Assembly: GCA_022072085.1 (NCBI GenBank)
Contig: JAJVII010000008.1
Span: 64,920 to 128,919 of the forward strand
DNA: 64,000 nucleotides
Reading direction: 5' to 3'
Origin: Phycisphaerae bacterium
GTDB taxonomy: Bacteria; Planctomycetota; Phycisphaerae; JAJVII01
Positions 26,343 to 34,858 of the stretch are shown here, piece by piece. The notes beneath the pieces were generated by a model. The model did no database searches, had not been told where the DNA came from, and worked only from the letters and a program-made list of their open reading frames with translations. Every line of letters starts with the position of its first letter. Positions within the stretch are counted from its first letter, which is position 1. The translations under genes and the position numbers were made by a program.

Positions 26343-27446
26343 ATGACGAGAATCGACAAGTCCAAATCGCGGCTGGACCACGTGGTCACCGAACTGCGTC
26401 GGCGGCTGATGCACTATCTGCCCGGCTCCCGCCTGCCGGGCTACCGGCAGTTGGCTGGGCTGACGCACGCGACCGAGCAGACGGTCAAGTCGGCGCTCGC
26501 CCAGTTGGCCGGCGAGGGGATCGTGGCACTTCACGAACGCCAGGGGACGATCGTCCTTCAGCAGCCACGCCGCATGCCGATCTCACGCATCCGGGTGCTG
26601 AACACTCACACCCCCAAGGAACTGTTTTCCGAGACGGTGCTGGCCGGCGTCTCCAAGCGATGCGACCGCTACGGCCTGAAGATGGCCGTGGATCGGGAAC
26701 CCGGCGATCTCAACGCCCCCGAAACCCTCAGGCGGCTGGCCGGCGAGGACCCCCAGTTGGCAGGATGGGTTCTCGTGCTGCTCGAACCACTGCCCGACGC
26801 GACGTTGCTGGCCTGGCAGGCCAAGGGCATTCCCTTCGTCGTCGTCGACGACTTCCCCGGCGTGGCCCAGGTGAACCTGGTCGGCAGAGACATGCGCCGG
26901 GCCATCTACGAAGCGACCGACAAGCTGCTGGAACTTGGCCACCGCCGGGTCGCCCTGGTGGGCCTGCATGCCGAGACGCACCGCCAGTCGCAGCAGCGGC
27001 TCGCCGGTTTCCAGTTGGCCCATGAGCACCACGGGCTCCAGGTCGATCCGTCACTGATGGTTTACGGCAACCCCAGCAAACGCCTGCCCTCGCGGCAAGA
27101 CCTGCAACGGTTGCTCGCCCGCCCCGACCGCCCGACGGCGCTGGTGGGTGTGGACCAGCCCATCGGTTGCACGATCATCGCTGCGTGCAGGCAGGCCGGC
27201 CTGAATGTGCCCGGACAGGTCAGCGTGATTTCCGCCGGACTGCGTCCGCGGCTGGAACCCGATTTGCTCAATCAACTGACCCGCTTCGACGAGGGCTCGC
27301 CCGAGCGGCTGGGCGAACTGGCCGTGGACATCCTGGCCGATCACCACAACCACCCAGAGACGACGACAACATTCTGGCTCGGCTCGGTCTACGTCGATTG
27401 CGGATCGGTGGCCGGCGTTCCCGGTCCGTCAGGCCCGCGCGGCTGA
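26343..27446 (+). CDS. GntR winged-HTH plus LacI-type periplasmic-binding-fold regulator
   Basis: PGSRLPGYRQLA...TVKSALAQLAGEG...GT; LLELGHRRVA, RLAGF, AGLNVPGQVSVI. Confidence 0.88.
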   Translation: MTRIDKSKSRLDHVVTELRRRLMHYLPGSRLPGYRQLAGLTHATEQTVKSALAQLAGEGIVALHERQGTIVLQQPRRMPISRIRVLNTHTPKELFSETVLAGVSKRCDRYGLKMAVDREPGDLNAPETLRRLAGEDPQLAGWVLVLLEPLPDATLLAWQAKGIPFVVVDDFPGVAQVNLVGRDMRRAIYEATDKLLELGHRRVALVGLHAETHRQSQQRLAGFQLAHEHHGLQVDPSLMVYGNPSKRLPSRQDLQRLLARPDRPTALVGVDQPIGCTIIAACRQAGLNVPGQVSVISAGLRPRLEPDLLNQLTRFDEGSPERLGELAVDILADHHNHPETTTTFWLGSVYVDCGSVAGVPGPSGPRG

Positions 27447-27545
27447 ATCCCCTTCGCCTGTTGATCTGAATGCACATCGAGTCGCTCGCTTAACTATAGC
27501 ATATAAAGCATGATATGCATCATACGCAGCACGGTGCTGTAATTC

Positions 27546-27681
27546 CTGTCGTGAGACAGCAACGTGGCGGGCGTCAGAAGCAGGCCAGCAGGCCTGCGTA
27601 CGGATTTCCATAACTCATTGTTTCGAAATGCACTACGTCACAGGCAGTGAGGGTTGCCCGGCTTCTGGCACACGGTTTGCT
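27546..27681 (+). promoter_or_regulatory. Sigma54 promoter 1 with candidate UAS and IHF site
   Basis: TGGCACACGGTTTGCT (GG-N10-GC) at 27666-27681; palindrome CTGTC-N4-GACAG at 27546-27559; IHF-like AAACAAtgagTTA on the minus strand at 27611-27623. Confidence 0.75.
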
Positions 27682-27761
27682 ACTCATGCTCCTCACACAG
27701 AGTGTCACGGAACAAGACTTGGAGTTCTACATCCGGGTCCGATCAGCAAAGGAGAGAAATT

Positions 27762-27933
27762 ATGAACAGAGCGATAACCAAAGAGCGGCCGGAGGGCAGT
27801 CACAGTACTGGCCGCCTTGACCGTCCTGGCGCTGTTGGCCTGGAGCGGCGGCATGGCTCACGCCGACGTCCTGTATCTGCACAGCAACCAGAGCCTGATC
27901 ACCGGTGGCAACTGGCACGCCGTTTGCATGTGA
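27762..27933 (+). pseudogene. Frameshifted, truncated 5' remnant of a second PEP-CTERM-type gene
   Basis: AAAGGAGAG RBS and ATG. Removing one A in ACCAAAGAGC gives MNRAITKSGRRAVTVLAALTVLALLAWSGGMAHA-DVLYL...GGNW, matching the AQA-DTLYL start of the downstream gene. The frame runs into promoter 2 and stops. Confidence 0.7.
27913..27928 (+). promoter_or_regulatory. Sigma54 promoter 2
   Basis: TGGCACGCCGTTTGCA, consensus -24/-12, about 65 nt upstream of the PEP-CTERM ATG. Confidence 0.8.
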
Positions 27934-27992
27934 TGTCATCCCGCTACTTGGTAGGGGAGAAAATGACACGCACGGAAGGAAAGAGAGCTGCC

Positions 27993-29657
27993 ATGAATCG
28001 CAAGCCAATCAAGCTACTGGCGATAGCAACGTTTCTGATTGCCTCGGCGGGTGCGGCGCAAGCAGACACGCTGTATTTGCAGGGAAATTTCGACTTCAGC
28101 AGCGGGGACCCCATCCTCGGCAACCTGGCCGATGACGGATCGGGAGGCGCCGTCAGTAAGGACGCCAGCTCGGCGTCGGCGCCGTATCTCTACGAATTCG
28201 GCAATGCCTCCACCGGCAGCGGCACGCCGGCAGCCGGCGGGTTCGTGGGCGACCTGGACCTCAACGGCTACAGTCTGAATTCAAACGGCAGCCCCACGGC
28301 TATCACGCTGGACATGGGCAACAACGACCTGATCGGCGCATCCGGCTCGTTATCGCTGGATACGGTGAACAACTGGAACATCGACGGCGGCGGGCACGTG
28401 GGAATCTACAATGCCGCCGTGGTCTCCCTCGGCGCCATTGACACCCACAGCTATGGCAACGGGTCCGGCGGAGACGTCTTCATCGGCGAATCCGGCAATC
28501 TCGTCAGCAGCGTGCGTGTGGATTCCATTGCCACCCACACGATCGGCACGGGCAGCAACAGATATGCGGGCGACGTGGAGATCTATTCCGCCACCGACGT
28601 CCTGATCCAAACCGGCGGCGGGATAGCCGGCAACATCGACACCCACTCGGCCAAGCGCGCCGCCGCAGTCACCATCAATCACAACGGCAGCTTCGCGGCG
28701 GCGGACATTCTGGCCTATGCCAGCAGCAACGACGTGTGGAATGGCGGAAACGTCACTCTTGAAGGCGACTACAGCGGCGGCGGGGCCAGCGGAACGGCCA
28801 CGATCGCCAATATCTCGACTTATCTGGACAGGACCGACAGCGACACTAACCGAAGCAGTTCCGGCAGCGTCAACATCTCCGGCTATACATCGGTGCTGGT
28901 TACCGGAAGCATCAACACATGGAACGACGTCCCCGGCGGGGGCGGCGCCGGCAGCATCCTCATCCAGGACGTGGCCGGGGATATCGCGATCCTGGGCACG
29001 ATGAACACGAGCAAGAACGGCACTGTGGGCACGGCCGGGTCGCTGACCCTGACGGCCGGCGGCAGCATCATTCTGGGCAATCTGGACAACAACACACTTG
29101 GCCAGATCAGTCTGACCACGGGGATCGACCTCGCGGACGATTACATCTGGGTCAAGAGCGAGCCGGTCAACTTCGTGGACGGCCCGGTCGCCAATTCGCT
29201 CAAGGGCCAGTTCGCATCGCTGAACAATCACATCTACTACAGCGACACGGTCGGGAGCGGCCTGGAAGGCGTCAAATATCTGGTCAAGGACGACAATACC
29301 GACACCGGCTTCCAGTTCATTCCCGTCTCGCCGACCGTGGCGGCCCTGACCGACGACGCCGACAACCTGACGCTGGGCGCCAACCTGATCGACTTCCTCG
29401 CCCTCGAGGGATTGTTCGGCGCCACCGGCAACGGCCTTGACGCACACGGCAACGGCTGGCAGTACATCACCGGGCTGACCCCGGGGACCGCCGGCGACCT
29501 GGTGGACCTGGGCGGCGGGGAGTATGTGGCCTACTTCAGCGAGACGGCCGGCATGACCATGACCAACGTGGCCGTCCCCGAGCCGGCGACGATGGGCCTG
29601 CTTCTGCTGGGCGGGCTGGGCCTGATCGGCGGAAGCGTCCGGCGGCGGAAGGCCTGA
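27993..29657 (+). CDS. PEP-CTERM surface protein (about 554 aa) with Gly/Ser/Asn-rich beta-helix-like repeats
   Basis: Signal peptide MNRKPIKLLAIATFLIASAGAAQA; repeated IDTHS/GGxVxI units; C-terminal VPEPATMGLLLLGGLGLIGGSVRRRKA. Confidence 0.93.
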   Translation: MNRKPIKLLAIATFLIASAGAAQADTLYLQGNFDFSSGDPILGNLADDGSGGAVSKDASSASAPYLYEFGNASTGSGTPAAGGFVGDLDLNGYSLNSNGSPTAITLDMGNNDLIGASGSLSLDTVNNWNIDGGGHVGIYNAAVVSLGAIDTHSYGNGSGGDVFIGESGNLVSSVRVDSIATHTIGTGSNRYAGDVEIYSATDVLIQTGGGIAGNIDTHSAKRAAAVTINHNGSFAAADILAYASSNDVWNGGNVTLEGDYSGGGASGTATIANISTYLDRTDSDTNRSSSGSVNISGYTSVLVTGSINTWNDVPGGGGAGSILIQDVAGDIAILGTMNTSKNGTVGTAGSLTLTAGGSIILGNLDNNTLGQISLTTGIDLADDYIWVKSEPVNFVDGPVANSLKGQFASLNNHIYYSDTVGSGLEGVKYLVKDDNTDTGFQFIPVSPTVAALTDDADNLTLGANLIDFLALEGLFGATGNGLDAHGNGWQYITGLTPGTAGDLVDLGGGEYVAYFSETAGMTMTNVAVPEPATMGLLLLGGLGLIGGSVRRRKA

Positions 29658-29698
29658 GCGGACGCGGATAGAAGATTGTCCGATTTGACTCGACAGCA

Positions 29699-29733
29699 AA
29701 CCGGACCGGCCGTGAGGGGCGGCCGGGCCGGTT
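29699..29733 (+). terminator. Hairpin downstream of the PEP-CTERM gene
   Basis: AACCGGACCGGCCG / CGGCCGGGCCGGTT imperfect stem with a weak U-tract. Confidence 0.45.
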
Positions 29734-29876
29734 GTGACAGGTGTTTCCTGCCCGTTTGCCGCCACCGCGGAAGAACATCCGCATCATCCGGCGCGAAGGA
29801 TGGTTTAGAGATTCGCTGCGCGCGACGGTCGCCGCGCGGCCAGGACTTACGACCCCTCCACCGAGAGAGACATTCG

Positions 29877-32414
29877 ATGAAACGATTGGCCGTTCTGCTC
29901 CTCGCGTTGTTGATCGCCCGGTCGGCAGCCGCCGACACGCCCGCGAAGTTTGCGGCTCCGCCGACGGCAACACGTGACGGTAAGGTCGTCACGATCCGCT
30001 TCGCCGTCAGCGGGCCCACCGACGTCGCCGTCTGCGTGCTCGATGCCAAGGGACAGGCCGTGCGACACCTGGCCGCCGGCGTGCTGGGCGCCAAGGCCGA
30101 TCCGCCCGCACCGCTGAAGCCCGGGCTGTCGCAGGATCTGTCATGGGACGGCAACGACGACTACTGCCAGGCAGCCGGCGACGGGCCTTTCCGCGTCCGG
30201 GTCCGCCTGGGCATGGGGGTAAAGCCGGACCGCATCGTCGGCGGCAACCCGTACGCCTACTTCTCTCCGATCATGGGCCAGGGCGACCACTCGGCCTGGC
30301 GGATCACCGGGCTGGAGGCCAAGCCCGACGGCACGGTCTACGTGTTGGGCAACGCGAACAACTACGGCCCGCCGGCGCTGCGGGCCTACTCGGCTGACGG
30401 CGAGTATCTGCGGACGGTCTACCCGCCGCCAGCCGGCAAGCCGACCGATCAGATGAAGGGCTGGGGGCTGAACATCCGCGAGGACGGGACCTACACGCCC
30501 GGTTACGCCGATGTCGCCTCGCCGGCCATCACGCGAACGCTCATCGCGGGCACGCGCGGGGCGATCGCCAACCTGATCCCCTCCCCCGGCGATAGCGAAC
30601 TGTGGCTGGAATCCGGCCTGCGGGTGCTGCGAGTGAACACCGACGGGACGATCCCGGCTCAGCCGATGCTGGAGGGGTCGCTGATCAACGCTCCCAAGGC
30701 GACCGGCTTCGTCGGGCAGATGCAGATCGCGGTCGCGCCCGATCGCAAGAGCTTCTACCTGGCCGGCGTGTTCACGTCGCCGACCAAGGGCCGCGACCGC
30801 ACCGGCGCCGACAGCAGCGGCCCGTGGCGCGACGGCCAAGTCTACCAGGTCGACTATGCGACGCGGACCGCGAAGGTCGTCTTCGCGCTTGACGCCGACA
30901 CGATCATCACCGACCTGGACAAACGTGGCGCGTCGCCGATCGCCGACGCGAAATACGGCAACTATGCCGCCCTCGAGGGTGTCGCTGCCGACGCGGATGG
31001 GCGCCTGTTCATCTGCGACCGGCAGAACAAGCGCATCCTGATCCAGGACGCCGCGGGCAAGCCCGTCCGCCAGATCGCGTGCGAATATCCCGACGCCGTC
31101 GGCCTGGCTGCCGACTCCAAGACGCTGTTCGTCACCACGCGCAAAGGGCACTACCACGGCGGGGGCGAGTTGACGCTCCTGAAGTTTGACGACTGGAGCA
31201 AGGACGACGCTCCGTCGGCCACCGTCCCGCTCTGCCACGTGCAGCACTACAGCCAGCCAACGCACATGGCCGTCGCTCGGTCCAAGGCCGAGACGTTCGT
31301 CTGGGTCGCCTATTCGGGCCTGCCCGTGCGGGTCTATCGCAGTTCGACCAAGGGACTGGAACTGGTGAAGGACTTTGAGAAGGCCAACGACCAGTGGGCG
31401 CTGGACATGCAGCACATGCAGGTCGATGCCAAGACCGGCAGTGTCTACTTCGCCGATGGTTTCGGCCTGTGTTTCCGCGTCGCAGACTGGGCCAACCCGA
31501 GAATCGAACGACTGATGAGCGCCAAGGACGCCCCCATCCGCGCGATCGCCCTGACGGTCGACGCCCGCAATCGCTGGCTCTACACGCGCGGCGACCGCCA
31601 GCCTGTATTGCGGTGGGAACTCGACAGCGGTCCGATCCTGGCGCCCGCGCCCGTCGGCGAGTCCGGCAGAAACATCTGCACGCCGGTGCTCAGCAACGAT
31701 TGGCGCATCGGCCTGGGCCGCGGCGACCGCGGCATCGCCGCCGCGCCCGACGGCAGCCTGGCCACGCTCAGCGCCCTGGGCACAGGCGCCGATTACGGCG
31801 GCCATCCGCGATTCTTCCACGCCACCGCCACCGTGCCATGGGAGGGCCTGCTGTTCAGCAAGTTCGACAAGATCCGCGCTGGCGGCATCCGCTTCGACCC
31901 GCAGGGCAACCTCTACCTTGCCAAGTTCGACGGCCAGCCGACGGCCCTGCCCAAGGGCTTCGAACACGACAGCAAGTTCCTCCGAACGACCGGACGCATC
32001 TACAAGATCGCCCCCACCGGCTCGCTGGCGTCGGGCAACCTCTTCCCCACCGAGCCCGAGTCGGCCGCCAAGGCCTACGACGTTCCCTTCGGTTCGATCA
32101 GCGACTTCTTCAGCCGCACGCCGCGGTTCGGCGTCGACGCCTACGGTCGCATCTACTACCCCTCGTCGCTGGTCCCCTGCGTCGGCGTCATCGACAACGC
32201 CGGCAACCGCATCGTCGAGTTCGGCCAGTACGCCAACCGCGACTCGACCGGCGGGCTGGTGGGCGACACGATCCCGACCGCAGGCGTGCCGATGGGCTGG
32301 CCCAACAGCGTCGACGCGACCGACGACTACGTCTACGTTTCGGACATCGTGAACATTCGGCTGATGCGGCTGGCCAAGACCTTCGCCGCAGCCGAGACGG
32401 TCGAGATCAAGTGA
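29877..32414 (+). CDS. Secreted FlgD-Ig-like plus NHL/beta-propeller protein (about 845 aa)
   Basis: Signal peptide; DAKGQAVRHL...WDGNDD (FlgD-like); DADGRLFICDRQNKRI and DDYVYVSDIVNIRL NHL blades. Confidence 0.82.
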   Translation: MKRLAVLLLALLIARSAAADTPAKFAAPPTATRDGKVVTIRFAVSGPTDVAVCVLDAKGQAVRHLAAGVLGAKADPPAPLKPGLSQDLSWDGNDDYCQAAGDGPFRVRVRLGMGVKPDRIVGGNPYAYFSPIMGQGDHSAWRITGLEAKPDGTVYVLGNANNYGPPALRAYSADGEYLRTVYPPPAGKPTDQMKGWGLNIREDGTYTPGYADVASPAITRTLIAGTRGAIANLIPSPGDSELWLESGLRVLRVNTDGTIPAQPMLEGSLINAPKATGFVGQMQIAVAPDRKSFYLAGVFTSPTKGRDRTGADSSGPWRDGQVYQVDYATRTAKVVFALDADTIITDLDKRGASPIADAKYGNYAALEGVAADADGRLFICDRQNKRILIQDAAGKPVRQIACEYPDAVGLAADSKTLFVTTRKGHYHGGGELTLLKFDDWSKDDAPSATVPLCHVQHYSQPTHMAVARSKAETFVWVAYSGLPVRVYRSSTKGLELVKDFEKANDQWALDMQHMQVDAKTGSVYFADGFGLCFRVADWANPRIERLMSAKDAPIRAIALTVDARNRWLYTRGDRQPVLRWELDSGPILAPAPVGESGRNICTPVLSNDWRIGLGRGDRGIAAAPDGSLATLSALGTGADYGGHPRFFHATATVPWEGLLFSKFDKIRAGGIRFDPQGNLYLAKFDGQPTALPKGFEHDSKFLRTTGRIYKIAPTGSLASGNLFPTEPESAAKAYDVPFGSISDFFSRTPRFGVDAYGRIYYPSSLVPCVGVIDNAGNRIVEFGQYANRDSTGGLVGDTIPTAGVPMGWPNSVDATDDYVYVSDIVNIRLMRLAKTFAAAETVEIK

Positions 32415-32434
32415 CGGGACAACTGGAGACGAGC

Positions 32435-34843
32435 ATGCGACTGCGACTGATCCTTCCGCTGACCTACATCGCCTGCGGCGTCTGGGCCCATGCTGCCCAT
32501 GCCGACGAACCGGCCGCCTTCAAATTGGCCGACCTGGCGCCCAACACGTGGGTCGCGGTCAGCCCGTCGAGCATGCCGCTCCAGACCTGGAGCGACGTGT
32601 TCTACCTGCCCGCAACCGACGAGTTCGCGATCTGGGGCCGGCCTGAGGGCGCCCCGTCCGGGACGCGGCCGTACGAACTGAGCGCCCTCTCGCTGCGCCA
32701 GCCGGCGCCGCAGTGGGCCGACTGCCTGCCGATCGGCAAGGAGAAGTCCTGGGCCGACGGCCGATACCCCGGCTGGGGCGGCGCGAAGTACAAGCCCAAG
32801 GACCTGCCGGCCGAGTCGTGGCGCACCGACGTGCAGGACCAGGTGGTGGCCGGATTCGGCGATATCAATCGGGTGAAGTTCGTCGAGAGCGACGGCGTGC
32901 TCCGCCCGACGCGCGTGCCGACTTTCCACCAGGGGGCGTACGACACGAAGCGCGACCGCCTGGTCTACTTCGCCGGCGGCCAGACCTTCGCCTACGACCC
33001 GAAGAAGCGCGAGTGGACGGACCTCAAGGCCAAGCCGCCCGTCGCCTGCGACGCCCTCGCGTTTGCGACCGTCGCCTACGACCCGGTCGGCGACCAAGTC
33101 GTCCTGTTCGGCGGGGCGATGGCCATGAATCCGCAGGGCGGCGCGCCGACCTGGGTCTACGACTGCGCCGCCAACCAGTGGCGCCGCCCGGTGACTAAGG
33201 GCGACGAGCCGCCGCTACGATGCAACGCCAAACTCGTCTACGATTCGAAGAACAAGCGAATGGTCCTGTTCGGCGGCGACGCGTTGGATCGCTACTTGGC
33301 CGACACCTGGGTGCTCGACCCGGCCACGATGGCCTGGGAGCTTCGCCAGCCGAGGTCCTGCCCGCCGCCGCTGGACCGCTACGCCGCCTGCTTCGACGGC
33401 AAGGCCGGCCTGGTCGTGCTGGTCACAGCCACCGGCGCCACCGGCGAGACCAAGCGACCTCAGCCTCGTTCCTCCAGCGGCAAGGGCATCCCCGGGTGCG
33501 CGTGGACTTACGACGTCGCCGCCAACGTCTGGCAGCCGCTTAAAGGACGCTTGTCCGACCGTCGCATGGAGTGGCTGAGTTGCGACTATTCGACGCGCGA
33601 CGACGTGATCCTGCTGGCGGCCCCGGGCGTGGGGACGTGGGTCTATCGCCTGGACGCCGCGACCGCCGCCGACCCGGACCCCAAGCGTGAGTCGGGCGAG
33701 CCGGGCGCGTGGACCTGGACCAGCCGGGCCCGCCGACAGATGGATACGATCCTGGCCGCCCCGCCGCCGGACCGTGCCGCGACCGCGAAGATGCTGGCCG
33801 ACCTGCCGGCCAACACGCCGGTCATCGCCGACTATCCGGGCTTCCTCAACAGCAAGACCTGGAGCAGCGCAACGATGGACACCGACCGCGGCGTGGTGAT
33901 CTACACCGGCGGCGGCCACGCGGGCTACGCCGGAAACGACATCGCCCTCTACGACGTCGGCGCCAACCGCTGGTCGTTCGACGCTCCGCCCTGCTTCGTG
34001 CCGCTGATCTACCGGTTCAACAAGACGCTGGCCGGCTGGGACTACCACCGCCGTCCGCAGTCGCAGCACACCTATCGCTGGTACACCTACGACCCGCAAT
34101 CCAAGACAATGGTCTACTGCCCGCGGGAGGCCGGGCTGACTCATCGCATCACCATCCAGCTCGGCGACAACCCGGACGACGCCTTCGTCTACGATCCGGA
34201 CAAGCAGGGCCGCTGGGTGCTGGTCTACGATGCCGCGAACAACCGGCGCTATCCCCTCACGCCCGGGCGGCCGTTCGGCACGCCCTACGAGCTGAACCTG
34301 GTCGGCACGCCGCTGGGCGTCTACGCGAACGCCGGAACGGCGCTCTACCACGGCACGGTAATCCGCGACGAGAAGCAGGCCCGCGTCGAGTGGAATGCCG
34401 TCCAGCAGGGCTGCCCCTTCGGCGGCTATTCCGAAGAGCAGCCGATGATCTACGACTCCACTCACAAGCGGCTGCTCTACTTCCTCGACCACAAGCAGAC
34501 GAAGGAAGTGTGGATCTACCAGCGGCCGATTCCCCAGGGCGAGTGGACACGGCTGGAAGTGAACGGCCGCAGGCCCGAGCCCACGCGCGAGGTGGTCTAC
34601 GACCCGGATAGCGACAGCCTGATCGCGATGCACACCCGCCGATTCGCCGTCATGGATTGTGCAACGAACACCTGGCGGGAACTCGACGTGGAACTGCCCG
34701 ATGGCCGCTACGGCACCGCCTGCGCCCTGATGTATGACCCCGTCCACAAGGTCTGCGTCGCGTTGATTCCCGCACACGACGACCGGATGCAGGTCGTGCT
34801 GTTCCGCTACGACGCCAAGACCGCGAAGTTCAAGTCCGAGTAA
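32435..34843 (+). CDS. Secreted Kelch-like double beta-propeller protein (about 802 aa)
   Basis: GGAG RBS, signal peptide ending AHA; YDPVGDQVVLFGG, YDSKNKRMVLFGG...DTWVLD, and GGGHAGYAGND motif in the second half. Confidence 0.82.
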   Translation: MRLRLILPLTYIACGVWAHAAHADEPAAFKLADLAPNTWVAVSPSSMPLQTWSDVFYLPATDEFAIWGRPEGAPSGTRPYELSALSLRQPAPQWADCLPIGKEKSWADGRYPGWGGAKYKPKDLPAESWRTDVQDQVVAGFGDINRVKFVESDGVLRPTRVPTFHQGAYDTKRDRLVYFAGGQTFAYDPKKREWTDLKAKPPVACDALAFATVAYDPVGDQVVLFGGAMAMNPQGGAPTWVYDCAANQWRRPVTKGDEPPLRCNAKLVYDSKNKRMVLFGGDALDRYLADTWVLDPATMAWELRQPRSCPPPLDRYAACFDGKAGLVVLVTATGATGETKRPQPRSSSGKGIPGCAWTYDVAANVWQPLKGRLSDRRMEWLSCDYSTRDDVILLAAPGVGTWVYRLDAATAADPDPKRESGEPGAWTWTSRARRQMDTILAAPPPDRAATAKMLADLPANTPVIADYPGFLNSKTWSSATMDTDRGVVIYTGGGHAGYAGNDIALYDVGANRWSFDAPPCFVPLIYRFNKTLAGWDYHRRPQSQHTYRWYTYDPQSKTMVYCPREAGLTHRITIQLGDNPDDAFVYDPDKQGRWVLVYDAANNRRYPLTPGRPFGTPYELNLVGTPLGVYANAGTALYHGTVIRDEKQARVEWNAVQQGCPFGGYSEEQPMIYDSTHKRLLYFLDHKQTKEVWIYQRPIPQGEWTRLEVNGRRPEPTREVVYDPDSDSLIAMHTRRFAVMDCATNTWRELDVELPDGRYGTACALMYDPVHKVCVALIPAHDDRMQVVLFRYDAKTAKFKSE

Positions 34844-34858
34844 GCCGCCGGCGGCCGA

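Noticed and set aside
27654..27992. ORF-track N-terminal extension of the PEP-CTERM protein as the real start
   Set aside because: The signal peptide begins at 27993; the upstream part contains promoters and a gene remnant.
31394..32434. N-terminal 347 aa of the 1149-aa ORF
   Set aside because: Overlaps the preceding gene in another frame; the RBS and signal peptide indicate a start at 32435.
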